Of a DNA stretch of 64,000 nucleotides, positions 35,831 through 48,129 are shown one piece after another. The DNA lies in the NCBI GenBank assembly GCA_003427395.1, contig BFEA01000018.1, positions 53,604-117,603 on the forward strand, read 5' to 3'. The DNA comes from Chara braunii. Taxonomy: Eukaryota > Plantae > Charophyceae. The first letter of the stretch is position 1. Each line of letters begins with the position of its first letter. The translations under genes were made by a program, and so were the position numbers. The notes beneath the pieces were generated by a model. The model saw only the letters and a program-made list of their open reading frames with translations, made no database searches and was not told the DNA's origin.

Positions 35831-38800
35831 AAAGCGGGAACATTCATTCCCGCTTTGCTTTTCCGCTCCAAAGCAGGAATGAACCCGTTCGTTTTTCTTA
35901 TTTCTTTTTTTTTTTCTTTTTTTTTTTCTCGTTTCGTTTTTTTTTTCCCGTTTTTTTCGTACCTTTCAGGCCGACGTTCGGGATGCCTGCGCCCGGTAGT
36001 CCGAGCCTCGGCACGGATCGGCGTACCGGTCAGCCGAGGCTCGGACTCGATAGCTGGGCCAGGTACTGGTGGTTTAAGTCTCGACCCTTTGGTGTGAACT
36101 TCCACTACTCTCGCCTGCCTTGGATTATCCCATGCTGTGACTGTTGTTTCCTCCACAAAGGAGAGCAGGTTCAATGGGCCGCCATTCCGCCATCTCTCCA
36201 CTCTCCTGAACCCGTTGGGCAGGACTTCCAGAACCTTCCAGAGAACATCTCCTCCGAGTTCCGTGTCCGAGATGTACCATGTGCCTGTAGGATCGGTTCC
36301 GTCCGGGCCTAGGATTCGCAGCCACTCCTGGGGTATAGCCTCTATGAGTTGATGCCAGTGTTCTTCCGTTTGATGCAGGCCTCTTAGCTTCAGTTTGAGC
36401 TCTCTGAGTGGTATCCACCCTCCTAGCGTCAGAGACCAAACATCCTCCATCCTCACCACCCCTCTTCTAACCCCGGCTTGTCCAAACGTCCCTGGTTTGC
36501 CATCCGCGGGGACGGTGGCACCTGTGATGTCCACAACAGCTGGGTTTTCAAACAGCAGTTGATTGAGAACTTCCTCCTTCGTGGTGGGGGTGGACATGGA
36601 ATTTGGTGGCATCTTTTTTCAGGCTCTTCTGATGGGTTCTCAGAACCCAGACTTGAATCTCTTCTTCCTAAACGAAGGCATGAAAAAACAGGCCCAGACA
36701 TCTTTTGGGCGGCTCAGCTCCCATTCTGCCATTAAGATTCGCTCCGCCAGAGCCACCCAATGTTTTGTCGCACCCAACCCTGCTGCTTTCTTTATCCAGC
36801 TCAACAACTGAGCTTGGTTCCTTCTTACCGGATCCAGCAGGCCCAGTCCCCCTTTCTCCTGCGGGAAGGACAGGGTATCCAGTGCCACTTTGGAGATGAA
36901 TGACTCTGAGTTCTGGGCCCTTAGTAGGTTTCCAGATGAATCGAGCCACCAGTCTCCGAATGACTCTTGTCACGTCATCGGCCAGTTCATACACCGTGGT
37001 AACGAACCAGAGAATGGAGAATAAGGTCGCGTTGGCCACCAGCACTCGGCCTATCAGCGATAGGTGCCATACCGAACCCCATATCCTCAGCCTTGAAGTT
37101 ATCCGCTGCTGGAGTAGCAGACCTTGCGTCGAGGTTTCGATCTGCAGACTGACCAGCTCCCCCAAGAAGCGTTCCTCCTCCCCTCTCGCGACTCTCTTCA
37201 TGCCCCATTCCACCTTGAGCACAAACTGCGTTGGGAGAAGGTAAGTCGACTTGCTCCGGTTAACAGATGCCTCCGACAACGCGGAGTCTTCGCACAGTAC
37301 TTCCTTAATTGCTGACAGTGTTGGCTCGGAGTTCTCACAGACTGCAAACAGATTGTCGGCCAGCGCCTTCACCTTGCATTCGTTACCCGTATGCAGCTGC
37401 AGTCCTCGAATAACAGGATGGGCACGGATCTTGTTCAGCATCACTTCCAGCTGGATCACAAAGATAAGAGGTGCCAGAGGGCAGCCCTGTCTGAGAGACC
37501 TTGTGAGAGGAAAAGGCTCCGACAAGTGCCCATTGATCATGACTGCGACTGTGGAGAAAGTGTAGTGCGATGACCCACGCGCAGAATCCCTCCCCAAAGC
37601 CTATCCAACGCAGAGTAGTGAGCACGAAGGTCCAACCCACTTTGTCGTAGGCCTTCTCCAAATCCAGCAGAAGGACAACGTAGTCAAGGTTCTCTTTCTG
37701 GACCACTTCAAGAGTTTCAATTGCCGTCACTATATTACTGAAGATCGAGCGTCCCTGCACAAACGCTCCTTGGTCAGAGGCCACTAGATCCGGCGGATAT
37801 CTTGCCAGTCTTTTGGCCAACGATTTGGCCAGAATCTTGTAGGACACGTTTAGTAGCGAGATGGGCCTCCAGTTTCTTATGTCGGCCTTGTCGCCTTTCT
37901 TGAATAGGACTGCGATGAAGCCGTGTGTCATGCCCTTCCCTAGCTTACCCCCCACCAGGACCTCATTGTAGAGTTCCACCAGCAAAGGCCCAAAGACAGT
38001 CCAGTTTGCAATGTAGAACTCGACCGGGAGGCCGTCCACTCCTGGGGATTTGCCCTTCGCCATGGTCTTGATAGTCTGGGAGATCTCTTCCAAGGTGAGT
38101 CACGGTGAGTGGACGATCCAGGTCCAGCCTTTCGCCCGTATGCAGTCTAACTGTTGTGTCCTCCCACATGTCTGACACTAGGGAGAGGTCTGTGTCAACA
38201 CTGTCTTGAGGGCGCCTCGAGGTCAGAATGTCAGAGTAGTATAGACTTGTGTACTGCAACATGCCCGAAGATGAGCACGCTGAGGGGGCTGATGCATTGA
38301 AGGGATGTCGTAGTTCCACCATTTGTTGCTGCGTCCTCCGTGGTTGCAGCTTTTGAAACATCTCCTTCGTCATTCTGCCGTGTGTTTCTACTTCCTTTAT
38401 TTGGAGAATCTCCACCCATCTTTTCTCCCTCTCCTCCTGCAGATTGTTCCACTCTGACATTCTTTTTTCTCTTTCGGCAGCCCATACCATGACCGAGATT
38501 GGGTGCCCCTCCATCCGATCCTCTGCCTCCTCTTTTTTTCTCTTACACTTTGCTTCCCTAGTGTTTCTTGCCCTGGCCAAGATTCTCGAATCACATGTTC
38601 AACACACTGGAAGCTATGGCGATTCCTCCATCTAGCCACTCCGCTGTTGTTTCGAAGTATGGTCTCCCCCCCTCCCATCTGGTCATGTGATCAGATACCC
38701 ATTCCCTAATGCCTGCAACTTCGAGCACGTGGTTGTTCAGGCGGAAAAAACCTTTCCCTCTCTCTGCGCCGATGGACAAACTGATGTCAACTACAACCGT

Positions 38801-39482
38801 TTTGTGGTCCGACATGGGGTGGCAGATTTGGCGGACTGTTGTGACCTTCTCCATTGTTCGCTCGCTCAGAAGGAAATAGTCTAGCCGTCTCCTAGTGATG
38901 GCTTGTCTGCCCCTGAACAGGTTGGAGAACCAGTTATAACATGGATCATCCGGGTTTAGCACTGGGAAGGGGTCAGTAAGCGACAAATCAGCGCTGATGT
39001 CCAGCAAGGCTTGTACGTCCCCTCTGCCTGCGCCTGGGCGCACGGCCTCATCAAGCGACACATTCCAGTCGCCAACTATTACCAGTCTGTCTACCCTTGG
39101 GACGATTGTCCTCAGCCTCGAAAAGAACTTGGCCCTTTCCCTCCAGTTCGTTGGCGCGTATATGGTCATTAGTACCCATTCCTCCCCTCCTATCACTACT
39201 TTCATCCAAGCCCATCTACCCCACAGATCCGCCTCTACGTCAATAACCAGTGCTTGCATGTTTCTGTGAATAAGGATACCCACTCCACCTCTGGTCCCTT
39301 TGACAGGATTTAGGGGCCATCCCACCACCCCGCAATCTCTCTCAGTTTGATCTCATTTAGCTTGGATTCCTGCAGCATCACACAACCAATCGTTCGCTCG
39401 TGCACCCATGATCACAACCTCCTTCGCTTCATTCGGCCATTGGTGTCCCCTAGGCCCCTCACGTTCCATATTGTCGTTTTAA
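34225..39482 (-). pseudogene. LINE B ORF2 (APE endonuclease, RT, zinc finger)
   Basis: WNVRGL, YAP, GDWN, RLDYF, SDH; KSPGVDG, WRPISLLN, DLEKAYD, RQGCPLAP, LADN; CPRC...ESTRHLWWEC. Confidence 0.95.
35077..36073. mobile_element. Non-autonomous TTAA-targeting DNA transposon (piggyBac- or Kolobok-like)
   Basis: ~26-bp TIR ACCACCAGTACCT.GC.CAGCTATCG with TTAA on both sides. Removing it restores the ORF2 frame (KGSRLKHLSWVG). Confidence 0.88.
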
Positions 39483-42344
39483 GCTTGTTCATCGTTGCAA
39501 GAAGCGCCCGCCTTTGATTGGATGCGGGAGGATGACCATTGTGCCGACAGTTGGTGCTGCTCGGCCTCGTTCATTTTGCTGCTTGACTTCGACTGGGATT
39601 TCGCATGCCTGCGGGAGCTGCCTCTCGAAGAGCTTGCTCTTGAAATGGATCTCCATTCTTCCGTCAAACTCCGCGACAGGAAATCAGAGTGGAGATTTTC
39701 TTCGGGAAGTAACTTTTCGTTGACATTTAGCAGGACCAGGGCTGAAATGCCCGGCAGAACTTAATGGCTTCGAGCTCTTGCATGTTTCGCTCCCAAACGA
39801 GGTCCATATGGACCCATCTGACCCCTGACTGCGCCAGGAGGCTCGCTGTCTCTGGCGGGATGCAGGAGTCCAAGATGGGAAAATACATCTTAGTGTAGCC
39901 CTGAACCGATTCACAGATAACGGGTACCATAGAAGAGTGAGGGATCAGCCGAACTGGTACGTGCTCCCCGTATAGTGCCTTCGTGGTTTCCATGATCAAC
40001 GCTGATGTGGGTGAGCATTCCACCACGTGAGATGGAATCTTTTGAGCTCCGTCTTCATCCGTCAGTGCTAGCAGGAATATTTGGTCGTCCGCCTTGGTGC
40101 AGAGGACTGAGAGGAGTGGGACCGGGCAGCTTTGGACTGTCTCCATCTGGTTCCTCTCCAGCGTCCCTGGGCCTCTGTTGCCTGCCTGTGAACCTTTGTG
40201 ACCCACGTCCTTCGCTGCACCAGACTGTGCCGAATTTTCCACCGAGGAGGAAGATGCAAATTTATGCAGTCCCCCGTAGTCCGCCTCACAACATTCGCTG
40301 CCCCACCTGACCTTGGACTTGGAGGAAATCGATGACTTTGAGAGTTCCTCCGCTATTGTTCGGTATGCTTCCGGACGGGCTCCTGAGTCCCAAGGCTCTG
40401 GGCCTCCTTCCTGTCCTTTTGGGGTCGCTGACTGGTTCTGTCTCCAGGTAGGGGTGAGGTCCCCCCGGCTTCGTCTTGCATCCTCCTTCCAGGTGTCCCA
40501 CCGCCTGCCATTTGACCTCTGAGTGCGGCTACTGCCGCCACTCCTCTCTTCCCACCTGGTGAACTCCAGCGTGTCCGCTCCTCGACCGGTGAAGTTCCTC
40601 CAGTCGTAGTTATCATTTGGATATCTGGTTTGGGGTTGGTCGATATGACAGTTCTGAAACGACTGATGGTGTTCTCTTAGTTAGCGTTGATGTTCCATAC
40701 TAGCTAGCCGCACCGGTTGCTGTTCATGCCAAGACCTCAGCATTGGGGCTCCCATCTGCATTCTGTCCATGTGATTGCTTGCTTGACAGTCTCTTTCTGC
40801 CTGACCCCCTGATCAGTCTCTCCTTAGATAGGGAGGAGGGGGCAGGGCCATGCCCAACTTGATGGCTTCCACCTCTTCCCAGCTTCTGGGTACTCTGTGG
40901 AGTTCCCCCCCTTGCCAACTGGCGATGCCTTGAGTGTTGCCCTGAGCGTTGCCTTGAGCCTCTGTCCAATGCCTGCTCTGCGGCCCGGCCCACTGGCTAT
41001 TTGGCCTTGTTTCTCTATCTACTTCCCTCGGCATAGGCATCTGGGTTCTGCTATAGCAGGCCGCTCCCTCCCCGTCCTGCTGCAGGTGTCCAGATGGCTG
41101 AGGCCTAGTGGGGCCTTGACTCCGTACTGTGCCAATGGGCGGTTGCTGCGACCTTGTCGGCTCCCTACTTCCTTCGGCTCGTACTTGTGAAGCTCGTTCC
41201 TGGTCCTCCAGATGTTGCTTGAACCTCACCTTATGGCCTCCAGGTCTCTCCCCATTTCCATGACCGTCTCCCTTGAATTTGAACTTTGGGCAATTATCTT
41301 CTATATGAAAATACCACCTACATTTGCGACACCAGTCAGTGTACGGTGTCACAATTTCTACCTTCCAGCTTTCCCCCTTCGGTGACTGAATGGTCAGGTC
41401 ATCTTCTATCCTAGTTTTTTAATCTCGTGGCATTTCAAACTTGACATTCATTGGTTTCGACCTGTCACGGTCGTATTCCAATGACTGCATCGACAAATAT
41501 CCGCCGAATATGGCCTCCACTGCACTCCCTAAGTAGAAGTACGCTTCCAGGGGTAGCCTTGGCGCCATAATCCAGAACTTGGATTCGGCTTCTTGGATTC
41601 TGACCTCTTTCAACTCCTGTTTCGATAGTCGTGGCCTGAAGTGTACTGTGTAATTCTTCCCGCCATAATCCAAAACTTGGATTCGGCTTCTTGGATTCTG
41701 ACCTCTTGCAACTCCTGCTTCGGTAGCCGTGGCCTGAAGTGTACTGTGTAATTTTTCCCCTCCTCCAACTTGATCGTCAACTCCTTCTGTTGAATTAGCC
41801 ATTCCACAATCTCCTTGGCTTTTGCCACATATGAAGCTACATTTGGACCTTCGAATTTAACCCTGCCCCGCTTTGCCTAAGGTTTGAATAGTTTCTTCGC
41901 CGTCCAACCATCCTCATATGCTCTGATCAGGTCTTCTTTGACAGCTCTTGAAAACGAACGAGCGTCTCCCTGGAATACCACGATTATTGACCTTTCTTTT
42001 AACCACTGCTCCTTTACTTCTTCCACCGCCTCATTTACTACGAACCTTTTACCTCCTTCGTCCTCCACCACCTTTCCTAGCTGAATGCCCTTTGGGCAAA
42101 CTCCCTCTTCATAGCATTTACTCACCGAATTCCTTACACTTGCCATGTTGCTCTGCCCTACCTGCTCAGGAACTGAACGGTGTGCGTCGCCTCTTGATTG
42201 CGCTGCCATTCTGATGTTCCGTACGTGAGATGCTTCCCCACCTGCCTTGAACTCTTCGGAGGGCCGGCGTATGCAGAAGCTTGAATAGGTACTCGATCTT
42301 ACCGCTCTGCTTACTGAGCCCTGAGGTGGCGAGGAGGATGCCAC
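39479..42344 (-). pseudogene. LINE B ORF1 (RRM-like region, CCHC knuckle, extra C-terminal domain)
   Basis: FWIMAPRLPL motif and CRKCRWYFHIEDNC (CX2CX4HX4C); internal ~100-bp duplication at 41562-41759; may extend further 5'. Confidence 0.8.
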
Positions 42345-44388
42345 TACTTCTGATCCGTTTCCAGGGCTGCACCTCTTTGTGTTACACCAGGCGGACCTGC
42401 CATGTCAGACCCCGGTAGAAGCCGGGGGGGGGGGGGAAATCGACTCGGTAACTTCCCCTAAATCACCTACTTCCCCATTACCGCTTCCGGATCCGTGAGT
42501 CTGGATCCGTGAGTGCAAGTAAGACCTCTTCCCGGTGCCGGCTTCCTTAGTGGGAGGCCGTACTCATCCGTAGGGATAGAGCGTGATCAGTGTGGTTTTG
42601 CCCCTGAGATATCATAGACTCCGGATAATAGCCCGATTTTGGTCCTACACCTACTCGTGGGTGTTTGAATCCCGTGGGACTTGCTGAGGATCCCCCGGCT
42701 GGGAAGAGAAGCAACAAGCTTTGGAGCAAACTATCGCCGCCCTTCCTCCATTTGTGGGAAAGGCAAAAGCTTCAGGTCACTCGTCGGTACACTACCGCGA
42801 ATATACCGCAGTAATTGAATTAGCACTACACGCGGACTATGAGACCTCGGCTATGGAGGAAATTCATCACTCGGATATTACATGCTTAGGTTGGCCGCGC
42901 GCAATAGCAGCGTTATTTGTGTTGGACTCACCTTCCTCATTACGAGGTGACTAGAAAAAGGCCTCCGCTACCGATCTGTCCTGACCAGATGTTCCCTTCC
43001 ATTTAGACTTAGGTAGAGTTACTGGGTCGGATCTCGGTGATAACCGGGGATTCCGAGCACGGTAACTATCCCTAATGCCCTTGCATCCCCTTCATCTCCT
43101 ATTACTGTGAATTAGAAGTGGGCATTCCCCTTTGTTGTGAACCACTATTCCGGTGATTGGCCTATCTGATCCCTAATAAGCGGGCGGCCCTATGTGGTTG
43201 AAGTTACTGAGATACCAACTACTATTATCCTCCTCAGTCCGAGAATTTCCTGTGTCTGCCCTCGGAATTTCGGTAATCTATTCTTTCCCGAGTTTCCCCG
43301 GATTACAAGGAAACAACTACGTCAAAACGGAATACCTTTGTACCGCCTTCCTTCCTCTGATGGCGGATTAACAATAAATCTGCGAGAACGCTCGTGATTA
43401 CACTCCTGCTAGCTACCGTGGCGGAAGTTACCTGCTTCGACGGCGATTACTGTGACTCCGATGGGTAGGTGCTTCGCCACGTTGAACTAGGGTAACTTAG
43501 GGACCCTGCGAAGAGCTGGCACTGTTCGACCATCATTACATGAGCGAGAAGGCAATTGAACCACACCTCCAATCCACGAGATAACACCCGTGCCCCGGGA
43601 GAACTTCCTTTTGCACACCCAGCTATGGCTATGGCTTCGCGGTCACTTCCTACCCTGCCATGGTAATGGACTGTTCAAGGAGACAACGCAAAGAGGACGA
43701 AGCCTCACGCTCTCGAATTGGAGCGCGCGCGACTCAATTCCCGCTCCCCGTCGTGATGGCGAGGTTGGCGGGCGAACAGCGCTCACGAAAATCGCGGAGC
43801 GACGCCGGTAATGGAGCGCTACGCCACCCGCCCGCTACCGGCTCTCCAGTGCCAAAATTCGCCCCCACAATCCTCCTGGTAAGGAGTTTGGATGTGACCC
43901 CGACGCAAAAGTTGTTCGGATTATTTTTCTGCATAACATATTTTTGTTTCAGAGTTTTTCGACAAATCTTTTGTTTTTTTTTTTCTCTTCCCCATGACCG
44001 GACCCCCCTCGTGACTGGAGGTAGCGGTCACAACCGCGGTGACCGCTGGTCATGGGGATTCGTAGCTCCTTGCTCTTTGGTCTAGTCACAGAGTTCAATG
44101 GTCCAGTCAGGCCTGCACCTTCATCTTCCTCCAACCCAGCTTGATCCACCCTTCTCCCTGCCTGGCTTCCCTCCGATTCGATCGTGTGCATTGGCTTGTC
44201 TTCCTCCCCGTCACTTTGAATCGGCATTGTGTCAATGTGTCCCTCCACGACTTCCCCCAATCCCATCCTGACTTGCAACACTTTTTTGCAGCCCTCGTGT
44301 GACAGCTGCGCTACTGACCTCCTCGCCTGCACCATCATCTCTAACATCAACGGTTACCCCTCCCGTCTCTTCCATGCCCTTATCCTGT

Positions 44389-44680
44389 AACTGCCTTTTC
44401 GTCAAAATGGACTTTTCCTTTTCTTTTTTTGAACAAAATTGAAACCGAGAAATTTGGCTGAAAACAGGTCCAAATTTTTGGCTCCTGAGGGTCGGGCGCT
44501 CTTAAAACGCCGGCCCTGGATGTATGTGGACTTAGGAGACCAGATGGGGTCAGGCGTTTTAAGAACGCCGGACCCTCAGGAGCCAAAGATTTGGACCAGG
44601 TCCTGTTTTCGGTCAAATTACTCAGTTTCAATTTCGTTCAAAAAACAAAAAAAAGTGTCCATTTTGATGAAATGGCAGTT
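44389..44680. mobile_element. Foldback MITE
   Basis: Inverted arms of ~130-140 bp starting AACTGCC.TTTC.TCAAAATGGAC; flanked by CTGT/CTGT. Confidence 0.8.
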
Positions 44681-45378
44681 CTGTCTACATTGTCCCAGGA
44701 GGAAACTACCAAGAAAGACACTCACATGGTGATTTCGGGTTGATTCAGTGAGTGTAACACCCACCGAGCTCGTAAGAGCACCTGCACGCTGATGAATCTC
44801 CCACCACGTGTGGTTGTGCAAACATCCCGGGTGTTCATCCATCACCTGGACCTAACACGGGTGCATGTACCCAATGAATACGTCCCTGCAAATGCAAACT
44901 TAATCATGGCCGCCTGTCTTCCCCGTCTTCCCACTCTTCTTCAGGTCTTTAAATTAGGGGATATCCTTTAGCTTCTCTTCCTTCTTCTGTCATCCCGTCT
45001 TCATCTTCTTTCGTCTTTTAACAACACGTGTGCGTCACATGAACGTGCTGTATTACAAGCTATCTGGGCCAGCTGATGATGAAGTGGCCGCTAAGATACA
45101 AATAAGATGGAGACATAAAATTAATGTGCATGCATGCACATCCTTTTCTTTGTAAATGGGTGAATCCAGGCCAACTGATTGTTGCACAGATCACCACAAG
45201 GATAAATAATTGTACTGATGGCATGCAATCAAGATTCAAGCCATTCCAGGAATTTGAACCCCCTGGCTTTCACAGTTGTGATGATCCAGAGTCAGTACGG
45301 TGAATCACTGATACCAAACCCAATTTTCGAGCTTCCTTTTATTCTTATGCACAGCAGTGGATTTTTTGAATATGTCCT

Positions 45379-45728
45379 TAGGGCTGTGTAACCGCGCGTT
45401 CATTGAACACAGGTTCAGCGTTCAGAAAACTGAAACGCACATTTACAACCTGAACGGGTTTGCCCTGGGTAGAAACGCTGGAGGGGGGAGGGGGGATGTG
45501 GGTTGNNNNNNNNNNNNNNNNNNNNNNNNNNNNNNNNNNNNNNNNNNNNNNNNNNNNNNNNNNNNNNNNNNNNNNNNNNNNNNNNNNNNNNNNNNNNNNN
45601 NNNNNNNNNNNNNNNNNNNNNNNNNNNNNNNNNNNNNNNNNNNNNNNNNNNNNNNNNNNNNNNNNNNNNNNNNNNNNNNNNNNNNNNNNNNNNNNNNNNN
45701 NNNNNNNNNNNNNNNNNNNNNNNNNNNN

Positions 45729-45822
<94 letters not shown>

Positions 45823-46130
45823 TAGTGTAAGTCCGACGAAACAGTCTGGCACAGTCATGCTTTTTTTAAGTGCATAGCGAATGTGACGAGTTGACAACAC
45901 ACACACACACACACTCACGCACATGATTTTTTTTTATTTTATTCAAAAGAGCCCCCGGAAGGCTTCCAACATGCGCAGACGGGCGGGGTGTGCATTTTGA
46001 GTTGTATCCTGCTCCCTGCCACATGGCATGTTTGAACGCGTTTGAACACTCCACGTGGATATCTGAACGGGGGCGTTCAAGTTCGAATGCGAACGCGCGT
46101 TCTGGGCGTTCAAACCGTTACATAGCTTTA
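45379..46130. mobile_element. hAT-like MITE with a microsatellite core
   Basis: Termini TAGGGCTGTGTAAC ... GTTACATAGCTTTA; GTTCAA/TGAACG subterminal repeats; no matching TSD. Confidence 0.6.
45819..45896 (+). mobile_element. 5'-truncated hammerhead element of a sister family, in (CA)n
   Basis: GAGTTAGTGTAAGTCCGACGAAACAGTCTGGCACAG aligns with GAGTCGGTGAAACTCCGACGAAACAGTTTGTCACAG; (CA)n on both sides. Confidence 0.7.
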
Positions 46131-46458
46131 GGGTAGCCATAATTGCATTTGATCACACTCCAGCGACTCCACCCAGATGGGAGAGTGCTGATCAGCCACT
46201 TTCTGAGACAGAAGGATGTTGTCCAGTTGATGTAACTCTGGTTACATCAACTGGACAACATCCACGGTTACGTCAACTGGACAACATCCAGGGTTACATC
46301 AACTGGACAACATCCTTCTGTCTCAGACAGTGGCTGATCAGCACTCTCCCATGATCTGGGTGGAGTCACTGGAGTGTGATCAAATGCAATCATGGCTACC
46401 TTAAAGCTATGTAACGGTTTGAACGCCCAGAACACGCGTTCGCATTCGAACTTGAACG
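46074..46458. repeat. Long palindrome (~165-bp arms) with central 26-bp tandem repeats
   Basis: Arms are near-perfect reverse complements; GGTTAC(A/G)TCAACTGGACAACATCC x3 at the centre. Confidence 0.92.
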
Positions 46459-46477
46459 GCCGGTTGGAAATGCGCAT

Positions 46478-47860
46478 TGTGGTATGAGGTTGCGGGTTCA
46501 AAACTCAATTGCAGCCTTGCACATGGACACCGGCAGGGTGTTAGAATGAAGCACGGCTGGACACACACCCCCTTGGGCTGACGCACGGTAAGCTTATACA
46601 GACACTGCCTGTGCACCACCCAAGGGTTCTCAGTCCTGGTTGTTGTATGCTGGATTCTGCCTTCGTGGGCTCTTGAGGATGTTGCCTAATGGTCTCACTG
46701 TTGGTATCTCCCGCCCGTAATATTGCTTAGTACATTCAGTAGTCTATCACAATCACACACAATAGGTCTTGGTATCAAGTCTGGTTGAACTTCTGTGTTT
46801 CCCGCACATACGTACATCCACTTCGCATAATTACATGGTCACTCAATAATACCATATGCTGCCTGCGGGCATACATAAAAATAACTGGCTTCGGGCATCT
46901 CACTTCCACTTACAGTCATAGCATCGAGTCCTGTAGGTCCAGTGTAGGATACATCCATATATATGCACTTCCGGGTGGGGGAGACCAATCCTTGGTAGTG
47001 GTTCTCATGGGTTAGGTTGTACTGGCCACGGGGGGTTCGCACTAGCTCATATGTAACACCTACTTGGGACCTGGTTCGTCAGTGGGACTGGTAGAGATAT
47101 TGAGTGTGCCTGGCAGCCGAAGTCCTCGGGTAACAAGGCTTGCACGACTGCTTTTCCACTGGGACTGGTGGGGTCACTCTCTAGTCTGGTGCCTGTAACT
47201 ACTGTTCGGTCGATATCATCCTGAGGCTGAGGGTGATTGTCCTGAGTGCTGGTAATTGAGGACCTGGTAGGGTAGTAGTTGTAGGGGATACACCAGGAGA
47301 ATTGACGTGAGGATGGGTACGGTGGCAGTTCCTCCGTCGCGCGCCAGTTTGCCCATTAGCTGATTGAGTCGAAATAGTACCTGGGATGGTCCCCTAGGAA
47401 GCTTACTGGTTTCCCCGTGGCTGGAATGTGAACAGATGGGAGCCTTGAAGTCTTGGATGGGGGGCCAGACTAGGGATAGGCTTAATGAAACACCATCACC
47501 AGGATATCACAACGTCCCCTGGTAGCCATCAGTTCCGGAGTGGTCGGAATAGTACCAGGGGGCGGTCCCTAGGGAAGCTTACCGGTTCCGGCACTCCTAT
47601 GACAGTTTCCGCTGTAGGTGGGAATCTGGCCTCTACAACAACCTGGGCCAGAGGAAACGAGTTGGGTACACAAATCACATATCTACCGGATCAGGGTCAT
47701 CTGGGAGAAGGATCAGTAGATTGCACCCAGAGCAGACACCCTTATCCCGAAACTGGCCGTCGACCCTGAAAATTGGATATGGACGGGGCAACAGAAACGG
47801 CATGGCAACCCGTGGAATTTGCGGTATTCACTTACGGTCCAAGCCGTGTACCGGATGTCA
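46478..47860. mobile_element. Possible solo LTR
   Basis: TGTGG...TCACA termini, non-coding, 1.4 kb; no TSD seen. Confidence 0.3.
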
Positions 47861-48129
47861 CACCCCAGGGTCGCCTTAAGGATTTTTTTTATTTTTTATT
47901 TTTTTTTTGTAATAATGTGGGCCCAGTGCCCAAGGCTGATATTACCAATAAGAAGACGGGTCCTCACAGTCTACCCGGAGTGACCGAACCGAACATGCTG
48001 AGAACCGGACTCAGCGTCCCTCATATGATGATAATGATGATGATGAACTTCTGCTGATTCTATGTAAACTGTAAGATAATGATACTAATGATGATGATGA
48101 TTAGTATGTAAAAAATTTAGAAGACTAAT

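Larger units (their letters stand above)
33790..43876 (-). mobile_element. Full-length degenerate L1/Tx1-like LINE (family B)
   Basis: Poly(T) at 33790-33821; TSD TGGTAAG (33783-33789, 43877-43883); ORF1 and ORF2 remnants. Confidence 0.95.
33451..44065. mobile_element. CTATGAA-family-related DNA element (copy Z) containing a full LINE
   Basis: Termini CTGTGAATCACC ... GGGGATTCGTAG; exact 8-bp TSD CTCCTTGC (33443-33450, 44066-44073). Confidence 0.88.

Noticed and set aside
43780-43876. HDV-like ribozyme at the LINE B 5' end (also sought at about 53950-54110)
   Set aside because: I could not build the nested double pseudoknot by eye.
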